DNA from: Camelus dromedarius
Lineage: Eukaryota
Assembly: GCF_036321535.1 (NCBI RefSeq)
Contig: NC_087437.1
Location: 7,440,001 to 7,504,000, forward strand
DNA length: 64,000 nucleotides
Reading direction: 5' to 3'
Position numbers and translations under genes: made by a program. Under the pieces are notes generated by a model. The model was not told the origin of the DNA. It was given only the letters and a program-made list of their open reading frames with translations, and did no database searches. Below, one piece after another: positions 14,190 through 26,659 of the stretch (the stretch's first letter is position 1; the number at the start of each line of letters is the position of its first letter).

Positions 14190-14480
14190 TATTGTGGCAA
14201 GAATTCAGTCTTTGTCTCAGATCTTAGAATTTGTGGACAATGAATATATGTATGTTCCTGTATAACTGAAAAACTGTGCTCTACACTGGAATTTGACACA
14301 ACATTGTAAAATGACTGTAACTCATTTAAAAAATGTTAAAAAAAAAAAAAAAAAAAGGTCTTAGAGCTCATAGACTTCAACACCAACTACTTTTTTCTGA
14401 TGTTTGGCAATATACCTAATCTCTCCACACCTTAATTTCTTCATCTGCAAAAGGGGATAATACTAGGCACTTCATCATAG
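14190..14480 (+). mobile_element. MIR SINE split by an L1 tip
   Basis: MIR core ccttaatttcttcatctgcaaaaggggataata after the insertion; head-like sequence before it. Confidence 0.55.
14229..14355 (+). mobile_element. Very short young L1 3' tip with poly(A)
   Basis: Closely matches 3612-3723; long A tail; probable TSD agatcttaga (14219-14228) / aggtcttaga (14356-14365). Confidence 0.9.
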
Positions 14481-15084
14481 ATACAAAGCCCCCAGGACAA
14501 GGATCATGTCATCTTCCTCCTACTCCTTTAATTCCTGTCAGTTCAATTTGACTTAATCTAACACACATCAAACTATTTATCAACTACAATGATGGGACAT
14601 CACAGTGAATTATGATAGCATCGTTGCAAATGTGGACTTCTGAGAAGTCTCTGTAAGTCAAAAGTTTATGCCTAGGAAAATATGGCTAATTTGCTTAAGC
14701 AAGGAAAGCGACTGTAATGGGCAGTGACATAGATATATGTGGTATGGAATACAGAGTGAAAGGAGATTTGGGCCTCCCCTGCCTACCAACACAGGAAGGT
14801 CTTCAGAAGACTCACCAAAAGCCATCAGAGGGTGGCAAGTGCTTGAAACTTCTCAGTTCCAGTGATGGGTTCTGACTTGGCAAGAGATGTTAGAAAGTTT
14901 TCAATCAGCTCTGAATGTTAGTACAGGTAGAACCTTCCCTCGCTTGGGAGTTTAGTTGCTCCTAAGCATGGATTACACTTCTGGCATATTATAAATAATT
15001 TATCACATTTATGTATAACCCATTCTCCTGACTTTTGATTACAAGGCTCAAGGAATTTGCACATGGGTAACAGTATTCTAGACA

Positions 15085-15480
15085 GAATATGTTATGAAGT
15101 TATAACACCCAGTCCCCAAATCTCAGCAGGTAAACACATGAAGTTTATTATTTGCTCCTGCAAAGTCTGTTATATGCCAGGTGACTCTCCCAGGCAGCTG
15201 TCCTTCATGGAATGACTCAAAGATCCAGGCTGCTCTGGTTCTGACATCTCAACAAACTGCCACCGTGTTTTCCACTCAAGCCAAGATGAGAAAGACTGGA
15301 AAATTGTGGAAGGGTTTACTCCACCTCCACTTAGGAGGAACACATGTCACTTCTGCCTGTACTGCATTGGCCATAGTTAGTCACGTGGCCCCACCTTACT
15401 GCAAGGAAACTGGGTAAGATTGTGCCGGGGGAAAAAAAAAGCATGGCCAGATATTGGAGCTTTACTAGTGTCTAATCCGG
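15085..15480 (-). mobile_element. Old MaLR LTR (MLT1K/L-like)
   Basis: ccccaaatctcagc, catgtcacttctgcc and cattggccatagttagtcacgtggcccca motifs. Confidence 0.7.
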
Positions 15481-15659
15481 TAGGAAGATCACAAAGGAAA
15501 GCCTGATGTTTCCTCTGTGAATATTTGGGGTCCTGGTACCCTCTGCTTCCCAACAAAGATGAATAAGCCTCCTTGAATTTTAGGAAGACAGTAGTCTCCC
15601 ATAATCAGTTCTGTGGACTTGACCTTAGTGGAAGGCAGGGGGTATCTAAGCATTGCAAG

Positions 15660-16118
15660 GGTGGATTGTACTGGACCTCTCTTTTGTCCCACTGAATTCT
15701 GTTCAGCCCAACTTCTTTCTCTAGCCCCTGCTGCAGGAACCAGTCCCACACGCACTATGATCAGCTTCCCACAGAAGCAACTTCATTTCGGGTCTGTGTT
15801 CATGCCCTGGGACTCTCTGGTGCTGCATCGTGAGACACGTGTAGGATCCCACTCAGAACCAGAAATGTGAATGAATGAACAGATTAAAAGAAGAATTAAT
15901 GAATCCCCCTTCCATCCCCCAAGCAGGTAGACCCAGATGCACTTCATAAGGCTTCTCAGAAAGTCCCGTGGGATGAGCAGCAGTCACTGAGTACCCGGCG
16001 TGATCACATGTCCCTGTCTCACTTTTCCACCTTTCCTGTTTCACTCTGCCTGTCCTTTACCTTTGCTTTCTCATATTACGGGGGGGGGGGAAGAGGGGGG
16101 GAAGGTTGAGCTAAGACT
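15660..16118 (+). mobile_element. ERVL LTR16-like solo LTR relic
   Basis: gatgcacttcataaggcttctcagaaagtccc and ttcctgtttcactct motifs; ends near ctaagac. Confidence 0.55.
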
Positions 16119-16171
16119 GAGTATAACAGGACAATTTTTAAAGAAACCTTTTAAAAAAAATGTGACCTGAA

Positions 16172-16290
16172 GGATGTTAAGATATTTTGGTAATCATTTC
16201 ACAATATGTGTAACTCAAGTCATTATGCAGTACATCTTAAACTTCTACAGTGTTGTCTGTCAATTACATCTAAATAAAACTGGGAAAAGT
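16172..16290 (+). mobile_element. L1MB-like 3' end fragment
   Basis: ggtaatcatttcacaatatg...tgtcaattacatctaaataaaactgggaaaa. Confidence 0.75.
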
Positions 16291-16819
16291 CATTTATTTT
16301 TTTAAAAAGATCAGAGTCTGAGGGTGGAAGAGTTAAACCTGGAGAGAGAGGCACAGAGGATTCAAGGCTGGGGTCTCCTGGGCAAGGGTGGGTTGAGCCA
16401 GGAAAGTTCCTCAGAAAAGTACAAACAAAAGTACAAAGTACAAACCAAAGACCCATAATATTGGTTTTGGCCACAAATGTAACCCATTGAAGGTGAGAAC
16501 AAATAAGAAAACTTGATCTGGAAAGAGAGTAAATAGCAAAGACAAAATATCCCTAAGTTAGCCATTCTGGTGGGAGGGGGAGGTCCCGGGCAACTTCAAT
16601 CCGAGTCTCGTTCTGTCTGACCCAGGGTGGTTTCGCCACTTCATCGTGATGCTGAGGTCCTGGGGCCCCACGTGTCTATTGAACCTGGATCCCAAAGTCC
16701 CTCCTCTGGGAGAAAAACAAACAAAAAAAAAACACTGCCTCAGCTTTTTGGTTCTTCATTGTATCAGTTCGGTTCAGCCTCTACCACCCTAACCCTGAAC
16801 CAAGTCAGGACCCAGAGGA

Positions 16820-17270
16820 TGAGGCCAGCGCCGGGAAGAAATCAGGCCAGCCCTCTCCTATCGCACCTTCCACAATTACAAACGATTCTGCACGCTGAAC
16901 AGGGCTTTGTATATTCCACGACTGTCCAACAGCTGTATAATCGATGTCGCTGAAGGTCCGGGCGCTGCTCGGAGTGCAGCACTAATGTCCACGGTGAGCT
17001 GCAAATGTGAGCAAGAACGGCCCTGCCTGCATCGTAATTGGTATTATTACTGGAGTGAATGGGGAAGCCACATATGGATGAATGGGTGGGGCTGTGACAG
17101 GGCGCAGCGTGTGTTTTCTCTCATCTGCGCCGGTCTGTCCATCACCCAGCCAGCGGAGGTGGAGGGAGAGGTGCCCATTGGGAGTCTAGCCGGGAGAGAG
17201 GGGTGCTGTTTCTCCGCTACTCTCCATCAGCTCTTGCCGCTCCCGCTCTGTCCATGCCCACGCTTATTAA
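16820..17270. promoter_or_regulatory. CpG-retaining, non-repetitive segment (weak CpG island; candidate promoter or enhancer)
   Basis: About 24 CpGs in 450 bp by manual count, far above the flanks; no repeat recognised. Confidence 0.5.
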
Positions 17271-18239
17271 TTGCAACAAAGTATATCACACATATCCCCT
17301 TCCTGAAAAATAATCTGTTCCCACAGGGTGGAAGGGTGAGACTCAGGTGAAGGGGGTGGGCTGAGGGGGAGACAGGGAAGAGAAACACTTCAGGTTAATT
17401 GGAGCTGAGAATATAAAATACTCGTCTTAAAGTGTGTGCTTCAGCTCTGAGAAGGAAAGTGTCACGATCATAATGTTTTCTGTGCGGGATTCAACACAGC
17501 ATGGGTGTTTTAAAACAAGCGGTAATCATTTCTCATGGAGAAATTATAAGCTGCAGCTCCAGGCTCAGGACAAACGCCTGGGAGACTCAGGGTCCCCTTC
17601 TCCTGGGAGACACAAGGAGACACACGGTCGTTAGCGGCTGAGTCCCTTGAACCAAATGGCAGAGTTAGTGACAGGGAGAATTACATAGTTTAATCTGCTC
17701 AGTGCTTTATCCATGCGGAGACAAATGACGGAATTCTTTGAGATTTCTGAAAAGTAGGAGGGAATAAATTTTGATTTGGAAAATCAAACTGTCTGGCTTC
17801 TGAAGAGAGGGCAAAGCAAACTGGTCAACTTTGCAATCCGGAAATAACACAGTATGGTTACAATGATGTATTTGGCAAAGCTGGCTGTGCTCTTTCTTTT
17901 AAAGGCGAGACCTTCTGAGCCTGATGCAAAAACCCCTCTGCCCCGTTAGACAGCGCTCTGCTTTGCTTGCTCTCGCCCTGGGTACATCCATGTGGCATCT
18001 GCATCACGGTTAGGTCTCTATTTAAAGATTCCTTTTTACCAGCAATAATTTCTCTAAAGTAATAAACAATGCACTGTATCATACCAAGTTAAAAATTCTG
18101 AGACATAAATGCAGGGAAATTAGTTACAATTATTCACACAGTTCTTCAAAATGGTAGCACAGGAGAAGAAAGAGGGGTCCCTCTCACCCTTTTTTTGAAG
18201 ACCATCTTTGTTTACTTCATTCCCAAGTATTAAGAGATT

Positions 18240-18480
18240 GCAGGAACCATTTGCATAGGATAACTAACATATACCACATCATTTGCACGTCTGCAAGTAC
18301 ACGTGAGTAACCGTAATTACACGTGACACCAATTACTCTATTACTTTGTATTAAATTATAATGGAAAATTCCACTAGAGAATTGAAGCCTAATTGCATCT
18401 TAATTTGCATAATTTTGCATATTAATTACATCTCAGATGAATAATAAATTTCAGCAGATTTTTAATTTATGCATAGACAC
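18240..18480. promoter_or_regulatory. Candidate enhancer: POU/octamer, homeodomain and E-box cluster
   Basis: ATTTGCAT at 18249 and 18403, TTTTGCAT at 18413, TAATTTATGCATA at 18463, CACGTG at 18300 and 18320, many TAAT cores. Confidence 0.55.
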
Positions 18481-21129
18481 AAAAACAAGTGGAGAAATAA
18501 TTTCGAAAAAAAAATACCAGCAACTATTACTTAGGGCATTCAACTAATTTTGCTTAGTTTAGCAAAACAAAACTTGGTTTGTTTAATATAGCATCTTTAG
18601 GCTGATTGCTGTTTATTGCACAATATGTCAGTCTCGAAACATAGGTGCAGACATGGCTTTTCTTAATAAAAAAAGTATTCAATGATAGCATTTTAGGTTT
18701 GGGATTTTACATTTGGATAAAACTGTCTTGAGGATAACATCTTTTCGTTGGAAATATCTTTAATTTGTGATACATTTTTATTGAGGCTTAATTTCTGTTG
18801 CTGTTATTTTAAATGCAAGGGATGATGAAAAATAGAACGTAAAAATATTGGTGGAAGAGATCACTAATAAAATACACCAAATGCTTTCTAATTTTGAGTC
18901 TACGGTGAAGACGCCCAAGATTTAGTGATTTTGCATGAACAGTTCAGAGGGAGAAATTCCACACATTTCTGTTTGACCGAGTATAACGATTTAGAGGAAT
19001 AGCTTTTAAAGAGGACTGTTATTTTTCTAATTGTTTTCTTTGTTTTTCCTTGCCTGCACAGTAAACAGTAACAATTCCTGACTGCTTGAGACCTTGCTTT
19101 TCAACGTAGTCACCATTGCTTTGGATTTATCAAACAAACAGGTTTATTTCTCGGAGATAATTAATGTATTTTAGTTACATAGCTGTATCTAGGTTGACAG
19201 TCATAAAAAAAAAAAAAAAAAAAAAGCCCGACTTAGTGTTCCTCAAATGACAGTATGTAACTGAAAATTCATCTCACCCACCTCGTGTCTAAACCCAAGC
19301 CTTCGTGCTGTCTACCTGCTGCCGCTGTTGGAGGCAGGGGAAGCCTTAGCTCTGCCTCCACTAAGTCTAATACTGTGATCATTTGCCAAATGATACAAAT
19401 GAAGAGGATGACAATGTCCTAATAAATCAGGAAACTGTCAAGATTAATAATCTCAGCCGTCATCTGTTTTCCTACTGGCATCAAATATTTCCCAGTTTGT
19501 TTTGTAGTTCTCTCCGTGCAGAAACCGGACTTGTGCACGCCTGGTGCCATGCGACCTCCAAGAGGCCATTCTCCATGTCTTTTATCACATGAATCTGGAT
19601 TCCACAACTGCAAGGGCTCCAGGGGCTGAAAGCAAGAATCCTCTACGACACATAACCCCCTCTCCTCTTACTGATCACTGCTGCTATGTGCTTTCTGATA
19701 GATGACACTTTGAGCCAAGAGTTTGAAAATGGCTCTGTTTCCTTATATCTTAATATTTTCTGTTTATATCAAAGTTTGCCTGGTTCTTAGACAAACTGAG
19801 ACCAACGGAAAAATAAAGACCAGCCAGAGCTTTCTTTATTATGTGAATTTCTAGTAAAAGCTCAACGCTGGTCTTGGTTTTTGTTAACCAGGTTACAGTC
19901 CTAGGAACACCTTTGGTTGTTTGAATGTTTAAAAGTTGAAATACTTCAGCTGTCAAAAACAGAACCGCACTGATGACGGCACCTGTCCCTTCACTTTTTT
20001 GTTCAATCCTTTTGACCATGTCCTTACATTCAAGAGAGATTTGAGCTGAATGAATTCCTCAAAAGACCTAATTCTTCCAACATTTAAGCAATGGTTCCCT
20101 CTTGTGGCGATGTTTGGGTACTGCGGTTTGAGAAGTGGGGAGTGAAAATCTCTTGCAATGTTAAAACAGATTACTATGAAACATACAGTATTAATCTACT
20201 TGCAGATTGTATTTGGAGTCCTTCCCAGGTCTCCCAGGCCTTTCTTACCTATTTCCAGCCGGGTGAAAGTTTTGAAATTTCCTGTGAGAGAGCGGCAAGC
20301 AGCCGAATGCTTATTATTGGCAGTATTAGGGAGGAAACCAAAACAAAAAAAACAAAAACAAAAACACAACAACTACTCTTCTTCGGGGAATAGTGTCCAG
20401 ATTTTAGGACAACTTTCAAGATGATAATGTTGGAGGAAAAAAGGGCAGTCTAGGCTTTCATTGAAGCCTTTGGTAATTTATTTACTTACCTATTTTTTAT
20501 TATTTATTTGTATTGATTGTCTCCTGAAGGAATATTACAAGTGTAGAATGAAATCTAGACTTTGTTCTTTCAGGCATTTTATCCTCAAAGACCATCTGGG
20601 GTCGGGGGCAGAATCTCACACTTAACCAAGTGCTCAAATATGATCTTTCCAAGCACCTTTGATGGATGCTCTCAAAGATTTATTTTGAGTCGGATTTCCC
20701 TGGGGGCCACCGTCGTACCTTCTCCAAATTACTGTGATACGGAGCATTCTTCTGATACAGCAACTGTAACAGCCCACTAATGCCTTCTTTCTGTGTTAAG
20801 CTATGTTCAGAACGGCGACAGCCAAGAGATGTCCCCTGAGCAGATTTTTTTCCTTAAGATCATGTTTAATGCAAAAGTAAAGCGTCGTTAGTAAGAGAGA
20901 TAAAAGGCTGCCCTTGTGGTCCTAGGACCGTAAGTCTCTTGGAAGGCAGGCAGTCATCCACGCAAGGTGGGTGTGATGTTTTGTAGTGCATCGCAAATCC
21001 CAAGTGACAAGAATGCCATCTTTTCAGTTCTCCTCCAAAGATCCCGTTTAAAGAGTGGAAGCATTCATATTTGCCCAGGCATTCTCAAGTCACAATTCTT
21101 TATTCATCATAGTGTTTACTTATTTTGAA

Positions 21130-21265
21130 GTTTCACGAGGGGGAACTGAGGCTCAGGATGAAAACGGACCTTTTTTGGCAGGTAGAAAGTAAACTAGTTT
21201 CCAAGAAGCCAAAGCCTAGAGATCATGAAACTACTAACAAAGTGTTACTCAGTCCTCTGATTCCA
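21130..21265 (-). mobile_element. MIR fragment
   Basis: gggggaactgaggctcagg resembles the antisense MIR core. Confidence 0.5.
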
Positions 21266-21584
21266 AGTGAACTCTTCCCACATCCCCACCCCCTACCCAG
21301 CCCCCCAGGCCCAGACACCAGGTTACAAGTCTCTTCCCTTCAGTGCCAAGGCAGCAGGGACATCACTGGCCACCTCCGGTATTTTACCAACCCGCCCCGT
21401 CTTGTGTCGAAGTGCACAGCCATTTCATTTTTAACTGCACACCTGCCATGTGAGGCATAGGAAGAATCACATGACAGAGGAAGGTTATGCATCAAGAAGT
21501 AGGACTGGCATCCACTTATGTTTTATCCCAAATTCCAAAACTGGAAAAAAAAAAAAGACTTTCTTTCTTCAAATAGTAAACTTT

Positions 21585-21932
21585 AAAAAAGAAAAAAAAA
21601 AGAGGACACTATGAACTCATCTACAAAACATAAACAGACTCACAGTCGTAGTAAACAATCTTATGGTAACCAGGCAAGAGGGGGTGGGAAGGGATAAATT
21701 TGGGAGTTTGAGATTTGCAAAGGTTAACCACTATATGTAAAAATAGATTAAAAAAAAAAACAAATGTCTTCTGTAGAGCACAGGAAACTATATTCAATAT
21801 CTTGTAATAACCTTTAATGAAAAAGAATATGAAAACGAATATATGTGTGTATATGCATGACTGGGACACTGTGCTGTGCACCAGAAATTGACACATTGTA
21901 ACTGACTATACTTCAATTGAGAAAAAAAGAAA
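21585..21932 (+). mobile_element. Young L1 3' UTR fragment
   Basis: aaacagactcacag...gggataaatttgggagtttgagatttgc...caccagaaattgacacattgtaactgactatacttcaat plus A-rich tail; similar to 44390-44711. Confidence 0.9.
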
Positions 21933-24546
21933 GCTTCTGTTTCCCATGGTGTTTCTGTGCTATCTTCCCTGGGGTCGGGAGGTGCCCCTTCTCCACTCCC
22001 TTTGTCCAGCTCCCAGGTCCCATGTGAGTCAGTCCCCTAGGGAGTTGGTGACCAAACAGTTACCCAGGATTGCTTTCTCTAGACTTTTCTTTCTGCTTTT
22101 TGGTTCACTACAGTACAAAATTAAAGGAAATACCGTGACAAGCTCCCCCTATAAATGCAAAACTATATTAGCATCTTGTAGATATATTTTTTTAAATCAC
22201 CATCAACTGGTCTTTATAGGATATGTTCGCTCAGACTCTTAATCTCCCCCATAACTTGCTCCCTCTCTGTTTCTCTGTTTCTCTCTCTGAGATTAGCAGT
22301 GTAATTCATTAGCACAGGAAAGATACAAAATAAAACTCCAGTTGGCCCCACATCTTCCTTCTCTTAGGAGAACCCACAGGCCCTTGAAAGTTTGCAAAAC
22401 AAATAAGGAAGCAGAGGGAACTATAACCCAGAGATACCCAGATTGTAGATTTAAAGGTCCAGTAAAATGTCAAACAAAACATTCAAGATTGGGAGCTAAG
22501 GTGTATTTTCCAGTTTCTTATTTTGCCAAAGAAGTTTTTAAAAAGTGGAAAATAACCACATATTCTAACCGTCATTTATACCTTATAAATGAGGAGGTAG
22601 AATATAATCTCCAAAAATAAAAAGGACATCATTTTATGTCAGCTTTATTTAGCTGTCCTTATTTTTCTGCTGTACACATTCATCAGGTAAGTCAGGTAAA
22701 CGCAGTCTAGCGTAGCACTTAGCTGGTCCACAGACCAGCATCTGGGACTCGCAAGCGAGCCTGCTTTGCTCCTGGGGACCTGGTCAAGTGCCACCTCTTC
22801 CAAGTGGCCCCCTTAGCCCCTCATATCAGAGCTTTGCTTTATTAACATCATTTTCCTTTGAGTTTGATTGGTATTTAACTTCCCTCCATCTCCAGATTGT
22901 GAACATCTTGAGATCAGGAATTCTTATAACGTGAGCATTTTTTAAGCAGCACTCCATAAATTTCAACTGGCCAAATGAACCCAAAGGTAAAAGGAAATGG
23001 TATGATTTATGCAAGCGCTGATTTCTCCTCCTAAAGACTAATAATTCCTCGTAGGCACCGAGAAGGGTGAGGAATTCTAGGAGGGAGACTAGATCGCAGT
23101 CACACGTGTGCGTGATCAGGGCAGGTGCCCAGGAAGATGTGAATTTCTAAGTTGTTCTCTCTGGGTTCAACCCTCAAATCACCCCATCACCACATATACA
23201 GGTACGTGGCGGGAGGCCCATGGTGGGATATGCAGACATCTATACAGACATGTATGTATCTACATTACAAAGAGCGAGAGATCAGAATTTTCCGGACCCT
23301 TGCCATAATTAGGACCACAACCTGTGGTTTAGCAGTGGGGAGGAAACACGAATTTCTTACTGGTCTTGCTCTCTGCCGACCTCTTCTGTTTTTCAAATCC
23401 TCTTTGGTGAACTTGACACATGATGGCCAGGGTTCAGGGCCGTGTGTTTCTTTAGAGATAGAGAGACTTTGGGAAATGATCTGTCTCAATCTTCCAAACA
23501 TATTAAGAGGAAATTGAGACACAGAGAGCAAAACGAACCAGTCTTCTGACCCCCCAGACAGTGCTTTTCCCACTCAAACCTCTTCATGGACAGAAGGGGA
23601 AAAAAATCATGTGGCAATTTGTGCTCTTTAAAAGAGAATTTTTAGAGGCAATCTTATTATTTTTATATTGCATTAAGAAAGGGAGACAGGAAGGAAGAGC
23701 AAAGCTACCAAAATCAGCCAGGTGAACGCTACAGAAAACCTGGATTTCATCACCAATCACAGCCTGGGGGGTCAGACCTGAACCCCGGGGAGACTCCGGG
23801 ACGGAACCATTCTTGGCAGAAACCGCGTTGTGGGTGAGTAAGCCGCCCACTAGGCTTTTTTTTCCCCCCTCCCATCTTCTAGATAAAAATGAGTGTTTAA
23901 AAACTGTGCTAAAATTTTCAAAAACACCTTAAAAAGATTCCATTACTTAAAGTGATTTGGATAATTGTGTTCAATGGTAGCCATTATTTAAAAATATAAT
24001 TAGTTGCTGAACTCAGAGAAGGAGGGAAATTTCTGCAGGTGTTTCTCATTATTTGCTATGCATACAAAATATCTGCATAAATTACCATTATTATTCCAAT
24101 GTATACTAAGAGACAATAAAGCATTAGCAAGCAAAGAAGAACGCTGTTGACCTCCAGGCTGGGAGAGAGGCCTGGATTGGCGGTAATAGTGAGCTGGCCT
24201 TCAGAGCTATCGCTGCACATGTGCGGCGGCATTCAGAATTGAAAGAAACAATTTTGCACCTGTAACAATATTACATATGGAACGCAACTCCATCAGAAAC
24301 ATATTGAAAGTGGAGGGGAGGGGCGGGGAGAAACAGCCACCAAACAATGTGAAAAGGAACAGAGGACACTCTAATTGTTTCCAAAGCTTTAAACATACTC
24401 TAGGTGGGTGTTGGGAATACTTTGCATCGAAAGCCCCCACAGAACACACAAGTGAGGTGTTGCGGTGTTTTTTTTTTAAAGTATGTGGTGCATTTCATGT
24501 TTTTCTTATATGATATTTTTAGAGTTTGAGAGCAGTGTCATTGTCA

Positions 24547-24745
24547 GCTGGGTCCAATGAAACGTCCTGGGATGGTGGGAACGTTCTCCATCAGCACAAG
24601 TCTACACCAACAGCCATGTGTGGCTGTGGAGCACTGAAAACACAGGCAGTGCAATTAAGGGGCTGATTTTTTTTAGGTTTAATTTTTGTTCATTTAAATT
24701 TGAATAACCACACATGGTTCATGGCTGTGGAATGGCACCTCACAG
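24547..24745. mobile_element. MER3-like hAT-Charlie DNA transposon relic
   Basis: gtccaatgaaacgtcctgggatggtgggaacgttct...catgtgtggctgtggagcactgaaa...taaatttgaataaccacacatgg. Confidence 0.65.
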
Positions 24746-24779
24746 GACAACTTAATTTCATTGAGTCGTCCTTTTCAGT

Positions 24780-24985
24780 AAAGATAATAACTAATATCTG
24801 AGTACTTTACCATAGACCAGGCACTGGGCTAGACATTGCCTCATTTAATTACCACAACAAGTCTATGAGGTCGGTACTACTGTGGTTGAGGAGACTGGGG
24901 TCCATAGACATTAAGTGACTTATCTTGAAGTCACTAGACTTGCATGTATAAGGAGTCAGGATGTAATTTAGAGTCTAACTTTGGA
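24780..24985 (-). mobile_element. MIR SINE
   Basis: ccaggcactgggctagac...tcatttaattaccacaacaagtctatgaggt...gaggagactgggg...ttaagtgactt. Confidence 0.75.
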
Positions 24986-26659
24986 TTCTTCCCTATTGAA
25001 CTCTTGCTTAGGAAGCATCAAGAGACAGGCTGCTGAATTCACACTGCTTGTCTGCAATGAATCAAGTTCTGTGGGTATATAACATGAGACCAAATGATGA
25101 ATGAATGATACAGAGATGTATCACTCGGGCGGTAAAGATTATCCAGCAATCAAGCCAGTTCATAATGTTGACAAGGTGGAAACCCAGAGAAGCTGAGCTC
25201 AAACACTCGAGTCAGTGGTTTGCAAGCCAAGAACCAAGGTCATTGAGAACCGAGTGCCTCAAACAGGATGTCCCATGATAAACATGCATAAAATGGTGAA
25301 TTCACATCCTCCAGGAAAACTCCATAGAGCAACCAAGAAGGAAACGTGGAAGATGTGTTGGGGTCTTGATCTTTTGCCAGCAAAGCGCAGATGGAAAACA
25401 CTAACTGGCAGATGAGGACAAGTCACTGACCGTTTGACCCATAGCTCTGCTTTCCGTCCATCACCTTTGCTTTGTAGGAGCAACGCTCCACCAGTGTTCC
25501 CCAGCCTCTCGTCACTCAGGAGTTCACAAACCTCCTCATGCTTAAGGCTCATCCAGAAAGAGATGAGGCTAAGAAGTTAGTCAAAGGGAGTCAAGCGGAC
25601 AGAAAGTCGGTTCAGCTTGTTTTTGTCGCTCTTGCACTGCAGTGCGCGTTAACAAAAACTGAGGTGGAGTCTTGCAGCTGTCTTAGAATTCGTGTAGTCT
25701 TCTTGGGGGTCTGACACATCTAGGTATATTTTGACTAGGCATGTAGATGTTTAAGACCCCTTTGGACTAGAGGGGTCTAGAACATAGGAGAAAACCTTTT
25801 TTCCTCCTTAACTGTATACTAGGCATTTTGCACATCTAAGAAAAGTAAAACTGTTCCCGCTGAAACCCACAGTTTAAGTCACTAACCCCAGACCACATCG
25901 CTAGTGGGTTAGAAAGCTGGAATTTGAACTCAGATCCACTGAGTTCTCCAAATTGGCACTCTCTTTACTACTGTGACCTGCTCCTCCCTGCCATTCAGTA
26001 AGATCTGTGACCCTGGCTTGAAATTTTGGATATAATCTAGTCTCAGTTTTGACGGTCAACGCAACCAGAGCTTCCAAGACACAAGTCAGTTAATCAGCCT
26101 TGCATAACAACACTTCCCAAAAATTTGGCTGATTCCGTTCCAACTAAATGAGATGCCACACTCTGTATTCCTACCCACAAAACTCCCCAAATTTCTCATT
26201 TTTCACAGTAATTTAATTTTACAGCTCACACATCCCAACTTCCTCATAAGAACAGAGTGAATGACCCCTACCTGGATGCCCCCGGCCTTTCCTCTGTTTT
26301 TGCACCTGTTTGGTCATTTGTTTCGGCACTGATGTCCTCCACGCTGCCACCCAAAGGCATGTCCTGTCCTTGTTCTTTCTGGGTCTTCAGTAACTGAGAA
26401 AGTGCCTGCACACAGTGGGTGCTTTAATATGCCTTGAATTGAAGCCAAGCAGCAAGCTCACACAAACTCTAGCCAAATACCAATTAAGCCAAGATATCCC
26501 TTCATTTCACATTGACAATATTGAGTGAGCTAGCCGTAACAGCGATATCTTCATGATTGTATTCACATATCACCTTGTAAATGTTTGCTTCTGACCCTGT
26601 GTCCCCACAAGACTGTAAGCCCTTTAAATAGAGTATCTTTTTTAAATCAATGTAGCACA

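Noticed and set aside
16907..17350. 147-aa ORF in the CpG-rich segment
   Set aside because: Non-ATG start, Cys/Trp-rich composition typical of non-coding frames, no known family; treated as regulatory DNA.
17938..17960. REST/NRSE-like site (GACAGCGC)
   Set aside because: Only the right half matches; left half and spacing are wrong.
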